From NCBI RefSeq assembly GCF_036971445.1, contig NC_091470.1, forward strand, positions 140,802,001 to 140,866,000: a stretch of DNA of 64,000 bases, given 5' to 3'. The stretch comes from Narcine bancroftii (lineage: Eukaryota). Below the pieces are notes generated by a model. It did not search any database. It was given only the letters and a program-made list of their open reading frames with translations, and had not been told where the DNA came from. A program made the translations under genes and the position numbers. Shown one piece after another: positions 25,201-37,200 of the stretch (positions within the stretch are counted from its first letter, which is position 1; every line of letters starts with the position of its first letter).

Positions 25201-28200
25201 ACATGGAAATTCTGTAAAAATATAATTCTCCTCATGGAGACAACGTTGCTATTTGTCAGTGAAAAGTAGCTTCATTCTCCAAAATGGTACCCAAAAAAAT
25301 CATAAAAGTGATGTTTGTAACTCAAGGAATGCCTGAACAATATCATGAGTTATACCTGGAAGATTAGAAGCTCTTGCATTTCTAGAAATTAAAAGCAAGA
25401 GAAAAACCATAGTTGGCGTAGCAGTTAGCACAATGCCTTTACAGGACCAGCGATTAGGACCAGAAAGGGTTTCGAATCCCATGCTGTCTACAAGGAGTTT
25501 GTACATTCTCCCCGCGTCTGTGTGGGTTTTCCCGGGGTCTCAGGTTTCCTCCCACCCTTCAAAACCTACCAGGGGTGTAGGCATGGACTCATGGGCCGAG
25601 ATGGCGTGTTACTGCGCTGTATATCTAAATAAATAAATAATTGGGCATTATGTGACTGCCAAATTCTACACCCCAAGGCCAGGCATTGCCTGCAGGGGAG
25701 CAAGTCCTGGACAATTAGCCAATACAAATGTCTTCCCTACAAGATAAATTGCCAAAAGCAATTGAGGATAGTGGTATACTTGGTTTTTGGTGCTAATCAT
25801 AGTGAAGAGATCTTTGAAGTACAGGATATCACTTGGGGATCAGGTTGAAAGTTCAGAAACTGGAAAATTCTTGTGACCATCCATTGGATGGAGCTTTCAG
25901 GGTCAGCCCAAGAGTAAAGATCAAGGTGCAAAGAAAGGGGTTGGAGATTGAGCTCTCAGAGAGCTGGGACTATAATGGGGAGGGGGTTCCAAATGCGACA
26001 CCCAGCAAGAAATAAATTCTTAGGGGCAACTGTCTGCAGTGGTTCAGAGTTCAGGACTTCTGGGGCACTAGTACCCTTCAGCATGACGGAGGCAGGTTGT
26101 ACAATTGAAGTCCTGCCTCAGCACAAGTGGCTCATGCAATGACTCTCTCAACTCTCTTCAATGTATAAAAGCAGATCCTTTCCACCCTGCCTCATAAAAT
26201 ATAGAAGAGAGAACATTACTGTATAGGCCCTTCAGCCCTCTATGTTATGCTGGCCCATATATATCTACAAAAATAAACTAGACCCTCCCTACCTCAATCC
26301 TCTATTTTTCTTCCATCCATGTGTTTGTCCAAGAGTCTCTTAAATGCCCCAGACACCTACAACTCCATCTATATTTAAAAAAAACTTACCCTGACATCTC
26401 CCCTAAACTTTCCTCCCTTCGCTTTGTACAGATGACCTCTAGTGTTTGCTATTCCCACCCTGACAGAACTCTATAAGATGTCAACTTTATGGCATAGTTT
26501 GATCACATGCCTAGACCACTTTCAGTACAGTCCAATGAGGAGATGTATAATTTGGTTTGGTCAGCATCTACCCCTGCACATTGAGATGTTATTATTTATT
26601 TTTGTACAGAATTGTCAGCTTTTGTGAGAACCGGGGTTGGAAGCGAATAAGTGACAATAACAGATGTGACTACATATTAAAGTGGTGTGAAACGACTGTA
26701 TCTGCCAACTTCCAATACTTCCAAGAAGGTAAAGGACTATGCAGGCAATTTAATCCAGGAGATGTAGCATGAGGGAGCCTAAGTTTTTTCCTCAGTTTTA
26801 GTTGGGTTGATTTGCTTCACTGCAGGAAAGATGCATTTCTCTCTAACTCCAGTAATATCAAAGAACACCGTTCTCTTTTCTTTCTCTTCCTTTCCTTCAT
26901 CCAGGGATAGCTCGTGGACATAATATGTTTGGAAACTGTGGTGTGAAATGAAACGGTGATTTTTAAAAAATAAATGATGTAAAACACAAAAGTCTGCAGA
27001 CACCGTGATTGAAGTACAAACACAACACTAGAGAAACTCAGCAGTCTGAAATGTTGGTTATGTATATTTATCTTTGCTATACAAAGTCCACTATTTAACC
27101 TACTGAATTTTTCCAGCATTGTGTTTTTACTTGATTTCTTTCTATTTACTGCCCTGTTTGAAGAGTGAATGCAAGACCAGCACCATCTGTCCTTGTTCTG
27201 CACATAGTTACCCCACTATCCTCTGGCCAAGTGTTAGCACAGGTTACTGATGGGTTCAGTTTATTGATTATCATCTGCTATCTCGTCACGTGGCTTCCCA
27301 TAATAAGGCGTGAATCTTGGCAGACAATTTACCTCATTTCAGGCTGAAGAAAATTAGTCCTGTTTTGATGGTCCCTCATAACTCTGGAGTGGAGCTGTCT
27401 TTTGTTTGAAATTCACAGGAGGAACCTCCTATTTTGGAGTTCTGGACTTTGTATGCAATCAATTTAACAAAATAAAGGCAATTCATGGGTCACTTACTAC
27501 CAAGAGATCCATGAATTATAATTCATGAGATCCAAATACACTGTAGATCAGAAAAACCAGTCCATGGAATAAAGGCTTGGTTGTGTAATGTAGTGCTTAG
27601 ATTTTGTGAAGAGCATTCAGATCCCGATTCATAAATACAAAATCCATGATAGCAGCACAGGAATTTAAATTCTTGTCCTTTCAATCCTTAAAAAAGCAGG
27701 GATGGTTCACTAATGTCTCTCAGAAGAGAAACCCCACTCTTCCTACCCTGCCTAGTCAAGGTGACTCCAGATCCACAAATGTGATTGACTAATAATCACC
27801 TCCTCTCAGCAGGGGTAGTTAGAGATGGAGGAGCTTTTACACTCCAGGGAATAAAGTCTTAACTTGTTTAACCTTTCCCTGTAACTCAGTTCTTCAAGTT
27901 GTGGCAAAATTCTTGTAAATCTCTTCTGGACTCTCATCCTTCCTGTTGTGAGGTCACCAAAACTGCACTTTACAAAAGGGAGAGTGGCCAGAGGCTGCCA
28001 TATTGGCAGTTTTATATCCTAAAATCCTTGATTTTATGATATTGTTTGATGATTATAATGTCCTGTGATTCTGGCAGGTAAGCAGCTGTTAAACCAAATT
28101 CCAAACAACAAGCTCCTGACTACCAAAGCTGGTCTTTGTTCTGTCCTGAAGAACTATCAGCAAGCAATGTCTAAATTTGGATCAATTCTGCACCCAAGGT

Positions 28201-31200
28201 AAGTGAACTCATCCTGCTTCTTTTCCAGAGTAACAGCAGTGAGAAGTTGGGCGCCCTTCAAGATTTGATAAGCTATATTTTTGCCCTTTACCTCCTAAAC
28301 TCCAGAGAGAAAAGTCCAAGCCTATCCAGCCTTCCTTGTAATTCAAGCCCCTCAGTTTCGCCATCATTCTCATTCATCTTTTCCAGCTTCATGACTGTCT
28401 TCCTTTTGTTGGGTAACCAGAACGATGCAACATACTATTACGAGCTCCTGTTTCAGTAAAATGGGATAATCACTGAAAGGGATAGTCAGGAGGGACTGAA
28501 TGGTACATTTAACATTTCACACAAACACCATCACAACGCAAGTCCCAGCCCAGCGATAATTCGATACATTGGAAGAACTGAGGCTTGTCATAGACTGTTC
28601 CAGAATTCCATACAATTGTAAAGACTGAGTTTGGAAAGGGAGAACCATTCCGACGTTAAAGAGAAAACAGTTTTTTGAAGCAGCTCTTGGCCAGCCATTT
28701 TTGTGGAATTCAGAGCAAAGCCAGCTCTGTGAATGACTGGGCCTTTTCAGTGGATTGACCTGTGCCAGGAGGGTCTTTTTGGGAAGCAAAGTGCTTCATT
28801 TTGATTGTGACTAGCAGTGAAGGTCACCTGGAGAGACCGGTCGGTGCCAGGGTCTTGGAAGCTTCATGGAGGCCATTCATTTCAATTCTTGCCTACAAAA
28901 GGACCAGGAGTGTTATGACCACAGCTCATGTGGATGGACAATTCTTAAAGGCAACGCAATGAGAATTCTTGAGTCTGTAGCAGCGACAGCTCCAATCTTC
29001 CCATCAGTTCATCATTAATTCTAGGCATCAAATTTCAAAGGCCTACACTTCAACACTGAATTTAAAAAGCACACACGCTGTTAGGTCTGCTTTGTTCATG
29101 AATGAGTGAGACAAACACCAGGCTGAGTCGAAATCAGGGTTCTTTGTTCTTTATTACCGGATTGTAACACTTGCGACTAACCATGTTAGTCGGAGAATGC
29201 ATTCTGCCGTTATCAGCAAAATGGTGATTTTTTTATACCCTTGGATATGTGCTTAGAACATCATCATATCATTACTTGTCCAATGACTAAAACTGTTGCT
29301 ATCCTTTCCCTGCTAGCTTCCTGCCTCTCAATCCATCAATGTCTCTCTTATCTTGTAAGTACAAGGATGCATTCACATCTTGTTACAGCCCTGCACATTC
29401 CCATCTCATGATGTTTTNNNNNNNNNNNNNNNNNNNNNNNNNNNNNNNNNNNNNNNNNNNNNNNNNNNNNNNNNNNNNNNNNNNNNNNNNNNNNNNNNNN
29501 NNNNNNNNNNNNNNNNNNNNNNNNNNNNNNNNNNNNNNNNNNNNNNNNNNNNNNNNNNNNNNNNNNNNNNNNNNNNNNNNNNNNNNNNTGTATTTTTTCA
29601 TACCTTCCTTGAGGCCTGATGGATGTGGGTCTAGACAGTTGTAATCACTGAGATGAAGGTTTCTTTATTTTTCCCAGTCTCAAAGGTGGAAATGATAGCT
29701 TGTTCAATGACTGGGATAAGGCAACCTCTCTTCCTTCAAGATGACTGACTCTCTCCTCAGTGGTGGCAGAGAAATCATCTTTCTCTGAGTGGATGGATCA
29801 GTAAATGCAAATTCACCATTCATCGGGCAGTAATATTTTTGATACTTTTCTACAGAATGAAGCAGGAAGAGATATCACAAACTTGGCAGACCAGGCAGCT
29901 AAGTGATTAGTGTGGTCACTGTCTCAAACACCTGCCCCATGGACTCGCACAACTCAGCAAACCTGGACCACTTGCCCAGCCAATTCTCCACACTCTGGTC
30001 AATCTCTACGTCTTGGATAAAGAGTCCTTTGATCCCGTTCCCTCCACATGTGGTGATGAGATCACTGTACCAAACCACAACCCTGTCCTGGGTGAGAACA
30101 TTACCCCTCCAAGAACCTCCAATTGTTGTGTGAGCTCCTTTCTGCTGTGTCCTTTATCACCAAATGAAGTTCTAGCACTCACTGTTTGAACCTTTCATTA
30201 TAGTGAAGACCTCATTTGAAGTTTCCAGTACTTGCACCTTGACACATACACATACACAAATTCATTTTACTTCTAGGATCTTGAAGACGGAAGACTTTTA
30301 TCCTGAAACATTTCGCATGGACGTGAGAAGTGAACGTCTGGCTTTCTTTGAAATTATGGGAGGTATTCTTTCTTCCTTGTCTTTGGAATATTGCCTTCTT
30401 AGATCAGGGCATTGAATACAAGAATTAGAATGTTTTGCTGCAACTTTATAACTCTGTTTATGTGACAATTGGAGTATTTTCGTGCAGTTCTGGTTGCCGT
30501 ACTGTAGGAAGGATGGACTCGTACTAGTGAGGTTCCACCAGGGTGTGTCTGGCTTGGAGGATTTTAGTTATGGAAGGGATTGGATGGTCTGAGCTTGTTT
30601 TTCATGGAGCAAAGCAAAGTGAGAGGACGACCTGATAGAGGTACAGAAAATTTTGAGAGCATCAATCGAGGAGATGGGAGCAGTATCAAAAGCAAGAGGA
30701 CAATATTCAAGATGCGAGGTTGCCGTTTAAAAGGGGATGAGACGGAAAGTTTTTACATGGAGAGCAGTTGATATATGGAACTTGCTGCTAGAGGAGCTGG
30801 TCGAATCAGATACAATCTCTCTGAGTGTTTATCAGGAAAGTCTGCATTTGCTGCATTTTATGTTTTACCACCTTCTCACCATGAATTTAGGTTTAGACCA
30901 CCAGAAAATTTCCCACTTGAGTGGAACAGTCATGTGACTGGCCCTTCAGACCAACATGGTGCTGACTAATTTGATGATCTGGGCTAGTCCTGCTGGTCTA
31001 CGTTTAGTTCGTATCCTTCTGAGCCCTTCCTATCCATAAATCTGCCTGAACGTCTTTTGACCACTGTATTTGTTCCCCTGGCAGCTTGTTCCACACACAG
31101 ACAAGGCTCTGAGTGAGAACTGTGCTCCTCAAGGCCATCTTTAATTTTCCCCTCTCACCTTTAACCTCTGCCCTTTGGTTCAGTTATCAGTTAAAAGAAC

Positions 31201-34200
31201 AAATCGGGAACCAATGCAATGGGATACTTTATATTTTTGAGGAAGTATTATATTCTCTTATTGAAGGTATTTAAGCTTGTTCTGTTACACAGATGGATCT
31301 ATTTGGATTTCAAAACCTGCTGGGTCAAACTTGGGTCGTGGAATCTTCCTGCTGAAATGTCAGGAGGACCTGCTGGACTTCCGTAAACGGGTGGAAAGTG
31401 TGGAACAGAACTTTCACTGCAAGAGGAGTTACAATAGTTTACCCTTCAACAGAATAGTGCAAAGGTAGTTGGAACAATCGAACTATTTTGCAAACTGTAG
31501 CTGGGAGGCTGAAGTTAATGCAATGGTAACCAGGAATAACATGTAATTGGCGTTTTCTAGTACTGTGAGCTCAGTGCAACCACTGTACCTTGGTGTGTGA
31601 CTCACATCTAAGTCAAGAGGCTCCACCTTCTTGAGTCTGGGCTGTGCCTCCAGTAAACACCAGCTTTATTTCTCACATTGATTAAAAAAAACGTGACAAG
31701 ATCTTAAAGAGCAGCAGATTATTCTCCATTTCTCGATCAATATTCAGCTGACGTCACTAAAATAGAGTGCCCAGTGGTGGGGAGCAGGTGACCCTAATCA
31801 TCCAGTTACCTTGTTTGGGGGTGGGGGTGGGGCCAGGGGTTCTCGGCGCTGATGTTTACCTACATCGCTGCTGGCTCTTTTCCCTGTTTACTGAAAGCTG
31901 CATCCTCAAATTGCTGGCTGTTCTGCCTCTGGACACCTGAGGAATTTCAGCCTATGGCGCCACATCAGTGGAATGTTGCTCCCACTCCCCAGCAGATGCT
32001 CCTTTCCCCTGAGGGTCATGGTTCTTGCTTGCTGATTTTTGGGCCATGTGATCCAGACACCCCCTCTCCCACCCACCAAGTGTCAGAAGCTGGGTGCCTC
32101 TGTGCTGCTCCACCATTCATTAAAATCATGGCCTTTACCTCCACTTCCAGCTATCAATCATCTTGAATCTATGCCCCTAAGTAACTGATTTCCCTTCCAA
32201 GAGAATTCCGGTTCTTCCAGTCTCGTGACTTCATGGTTCAGATGCCTTAAGTTCCAACCCACCCGCTCAATTTCTGCTCATCTCCATAATTCTCTGTCCC
32301 AGGAGACTCCTAATCCTATCCCTAACCTCTCTCTGACACGCTCTATATTGGATCTCAACCCTCGCTGTAGTCGAGGGACCCAAGGTATCCACAGCAGGAG
32401 CTATCTTTTATGCAGTTCCTGTATCTTCTGCATGGTCTTGTCTTCCCACTTGGGTCCAAAAAAGAGGCAAGTATCCCATAAGGCAGCTTATCTATCTCCC
32501 CAATAACCAATCTGCTCTTATTTATTTCATTTACTCCAGTGAATAACACGAAAAATAGGAACAGGTAGAGGATATTTAACCCTTTAAAGCTTCCTACCAT
32601 TCAATACAAGCAGGGCTAATCATTCAAATTCAGTCCCCTCTTCCACTGTTCCTTCTGTATCCCTTTAGACATTTCAACTGTATGCTGCTTCTTGAATTTA
32701 CTCAATGACTCGATCTCCACTCTCTTCAGTGATGGACAATTTCAAAGGGTCACCACTGGTTAGGCTGAATTTTCTTTCCTCATATCAGAGGCTACAATCC
32801 TTAATTCTGGATTTCCCCACTCTCAGAACATCCTTCCTGAGTCTAGTCTTTTATGTTTCAAGGAGAATTTCCCTCATTCTTCTAACCTCCAACAAATACA
32901 AGTCCAAGCAAGCTAATCTCTGCTCATAGTATCCCAGGAATCAGTGCTCCGTTCTAAGGGTATCCTTCTCAGATAAGGACATTGGTTTGGCAGCCTAGTA
33001 TCACAGGTAGAAGAGCCACTAATGTCCTAGGTTCAATCCATGGGGTGTTTGCACATTCTCCTTGTGTTTCTTCCCATAACTTGTAGTTTAGCAGGATAAT
33101 TGGCCTCTGTAAGTTGACCCTAGTGTGTGGATAAGTTGTAAAATGTGGGGAGAATAGATAGGATTTGTGCAGGTAGGCAATATAGTCAGCGTGGGTGGAT
33201 TGTGTGCTCTACACTCCATGACTCTGTATCATGTTAACGTGTAGTATCTCACTGCACAGCAAACACAACTGAAGGGACGTAAGCTGCTGGGTTCATTGCT
33301 TCAGATTCAGGAGAAACAGGCAAAAACAAAGGCAATTAACCTTGTCACAAAGTGACACTATTCGCAGGGGGAATGGGCAAAGTTACAGGACCAGATAGTT
33401 TGGGTCTGCATCCCTTGGAGTTTCAAAGAATGAGGTGTGACCTCACTCAGACATTTAAGGGGGCTGAACTAGTGGGAATCTTGAACAAGGGACCTAATTA
33501 CAGATTAAAGCGCTGATCCTTTACAAACCAAGTGTAGAAATTCCTATTCCAAGGGCTGTGAATCTCTGGAATTTCACCCCGAAGGGCTGGATCATGAGAT
33601 ATAGTGTATTTAAAGTGGAGTTAAATAAAAGATGCTGAAATTAAGGTTTATGAAGAACGAGCACACATCTGGGGTGCAATGATGGCTACAATTCCTGGAC
33701 AGCGGGAGTGTAGGTGAAGAGGATGGAGGAAGGAAGTACGTTCTAAAACATCTATGCCTCTCCTGTGTTCTTGTGTTATTGAGGCTCTGAACCATGTTCC
33801 TGTGGAGAAGAGGTATAGGATGTGTTTTTCAGCAGAGGGGAGCTCTCTGCTTGAAACAGCTGAGAAAGGCCTGACATGTGAGTACTGTCTATGCAAGTGT
33901 CAATGGAAGCCCAGGCAATGAAGGTCACTCCTGCACTAAAATAATTTTGCATTTAACCAAATAGATATGTGCACAAACCTCTCCTCCTGGAAGGGCGAAA
34001 GTTTGACGTTCGTGCCTACTTCCTGATTGCATGTACCTCCCCTAACATGGTCTTTTTTTGCCACGGATATGTGAAATTGTCATGTGATAAATACGATCCA
34101 TTCTCTGATGATCTGACGTGCCACCTGACCAATCAAGTGAGTTGAACAAATGGAAAATAACATATAGCATTTCCCTTTGGAAATCTAAAATGTATAAATC

Positions 34201-37200
34201 AAAAGTATGTAAATAATGTATTGCTGACAAGACACAGAAAATATTAGGTTTACTATCATCTAACTGTACATAAACAACTCAACAATACAGTGCGGGTCCA
34301 GACTATGGTACACACAATACACAGTCCATAAAAATCACATAAACAATCAAAATAAAAATGTTCAGCTTGTGGGAAGAAGCCATTTCCCAGCCTGGTGGTC
34401 TGATTTTGATGCTTCTGTACCAGCTTCCTGGTGGTAGTGGTTTAAAGATATTAAGGGGACTAATAAAGAAAAGTCAGATTTATGAAAAAAAAAATCATGG
34501 TTAACAAATCCACTGGAGTTCTTTAACCACAAAATGGGCGAAATAGATAATGGAGAATGTGGTATATTTGGACATTCAAATAATCTCCCACTATAGAACA
34601 TACTGCACAGATGCAAGCCCATATGCCTTCGGGTTTGTGCCGATCTCTTATTCTGCCAGATTCCACTGATCTGCACTATAACTATTATCCTTCCAAATGC
34701 CTCCTATCCATGTCCCCCTGTCCAAACTTTTCTTAAATGTCAAAAGAGAACCCACATTCACCAATTCAGCCAGCAGCTTGTGCCACACTCCCACCAATCT
34801 TTGTGTGAAGAAGTTCCCAGAAATGTTCCCTTAATCAATGTCCTCCAGTTTTTATCTCGCCTAACCTTAGTGGAAAAAGCTTGCTTGCGTTTAGTTTATC
34901 TGTGCCCATCATAATTTTGTATACCTCGAACAAATCTCCTCTCATTCTTCACTCCAGGATAGAAAATACAAACCTTCCTCAGTTCCTGATGTCCCGGCCA
35001 CATCCTTAAACTCTCCTCTGCACTCTTTCAGTCTTATTAATACCCTTGCTGTATTTTGGTGACCAAAACTGCATACATTACTCCAAATATGGCCTTAACT
35101 GTGTCTTCTATAACTTCACCATAATATCCTAACTCTTATACAAATACTTTGATTTATGAAAGCCAAGATGCCAAAAGCTCTCTTTGCAACCCTGTCCACC
35201 TGTGACACCACTTTCTGTATTCTCAGATCCCTCTGTTCCACCGCGCTCGTCGGTGCCCATCTATGTCCTACCTCAATTTGTCCTTCCAAATGCAACACCT
35301 CACGTGTGTCTGCATTAAATTCCACCTGCCATTTTGCAACCCATTTTTCCAGCTGGTTCAGATCCCATTGCAGTCTTTGAAAATCTTCCTCACTGTCCGC
35401 AACACCTCGAAACCTTTGTTTCATCTGCGAAGTTACCACATTATCATCCAGATCATTGATTTAAATGGCAAACGATAATGTTCCCAGCACTGATCCCTGA
35501 GGCAAGGCAATCATCCACCACCACTCTCTGGTTTCTCCAGTATATCCAATTTCTAATCCAATGTTAATACCTCACTATGAACATGAAGCTACTGTACCTT
35601 CCTGACTAACCTCCCAGGTCTTACTAAAATCCATGTAGATAACATCCTTGGCTTTTCCTTCATGAACATTCCTGGTAACTTCCTTGAAAAACTCCATAAG
35701 ATTGGTTAAACACGGCCTTCTACGCACAAAGCCATGTTGACTATCCATGATCAGTCCCCGAATATCCAAATACCTCTATATATGATGTCTTAGAACACCT
35801 ACTACTGAAGTCAGACTCACTCTCCTATAATTTCCCAGATTATTTTAGAGCCTTTTTCAAACAACGTAAAAACATGAGCTACCCTCTCATCCTCCAGTAC
35901 CACACCTATGACTAAGAACATATTAAATATATCTGCCAGGGCCTCTGCAATTTGTACACTAACCTTACTCAAGGTCTGAGGGAATACCTTATCAGGCCCT
36001 TGGGATTTATAATCACTTATGCACTTTAAGATAGAAAGAATCACCTCTTTAATCTGTACAGGTTCCATGATCTCACTGCTTATTTGGCTCACATTCATAG
36101 ATTCTGTTCAGTTTCCCAAGAAAATCTATTTTGGCTTCATCCATAACTGACCACTGACCTTCAAGAGAACCAATTTTGATCCTTTCTTTCCTTTTGATCC
36201 TAATGTATCTATAGAAACCCTTAGAATTTTCCCTCACTTTGTCTGCCAAAGTTACCTCGTGTCCTCTGATTTTTTTAAAAAATACTCATTGTACCTCATT
36301 TGCTTCTTGCTGCACAGGAGATAAGTCTGCAAAATGAACGCTCATATGATTTGGACTAATATGTTCTCATTGAGAATTGGTTGACAGGAAGGAGAGAGAG
36401 GTAATAAATGGGGTAAGAAGGCAGGAAACTGACTGTTCACCATATGTTGCAATGACCTGGATTAGAGAAGCAAAGGTAATATTTCTAAATGTGCAGTATA
36501 CACAAAACTGGATGGGATTGTGAACCATAAGAAGGACACAGAGGGGCTCCAAGGCAAAATTGACATTGAGTGTAAGATATTTGCCAGATACAGTACAAGT
36601 TGGAAAATTTTCCATAGAAAAAGACAGGGAGGCAGAAAATAATTTAAATGTGAAAATACAAAGCGACTTCAGTATCCATGTATCCAGTCACTGAAATCCA
36701 AAATACAGGTGAAGTAAGCAATCAAGATGGCGAATGGTATGTTTTAAACAGTAGTTTTCAAACTGTTTCTTTCTGCCCACATACCACCTTAAGCAATCCA
36801 TTACTATTCATAGAGCACCTATGGCATAGGGAATACTTAAAGTGGTGTGTGAGTGGAAAGAAAAAGGTTGAGAACCACTGTCTTAGACCATTTGCAGTGA
36901 GTTCCATCCAGCTCTCCAGACCTTTGAGGACAACTACACTGTTGCTAATATCTCAGTGAGAACAAACTTCAAAATTGCTGGTAGTTAATGAACGATACAA
37001 TGCATCGCTAGTTGACTTTAAGAGCCTTTAAAAGCATTCTGGTGTTAGATTCTAGTGTAATACACTATGGTGGATTCAATGAAGCAAGAAACACTAAAGT
37101 GAGAATGACATAATAATCACATTTCAATAATTAATTCCTTCTGTGGCCTCTTTCTTGTTTTGTATGCATACCAATCCTCTGAGCCTCCGATGTATTCCCA

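Noticed and set aside
29339-29644. ORFs spanning the N run
   Set aside because: Artefacts of the assembly gap.
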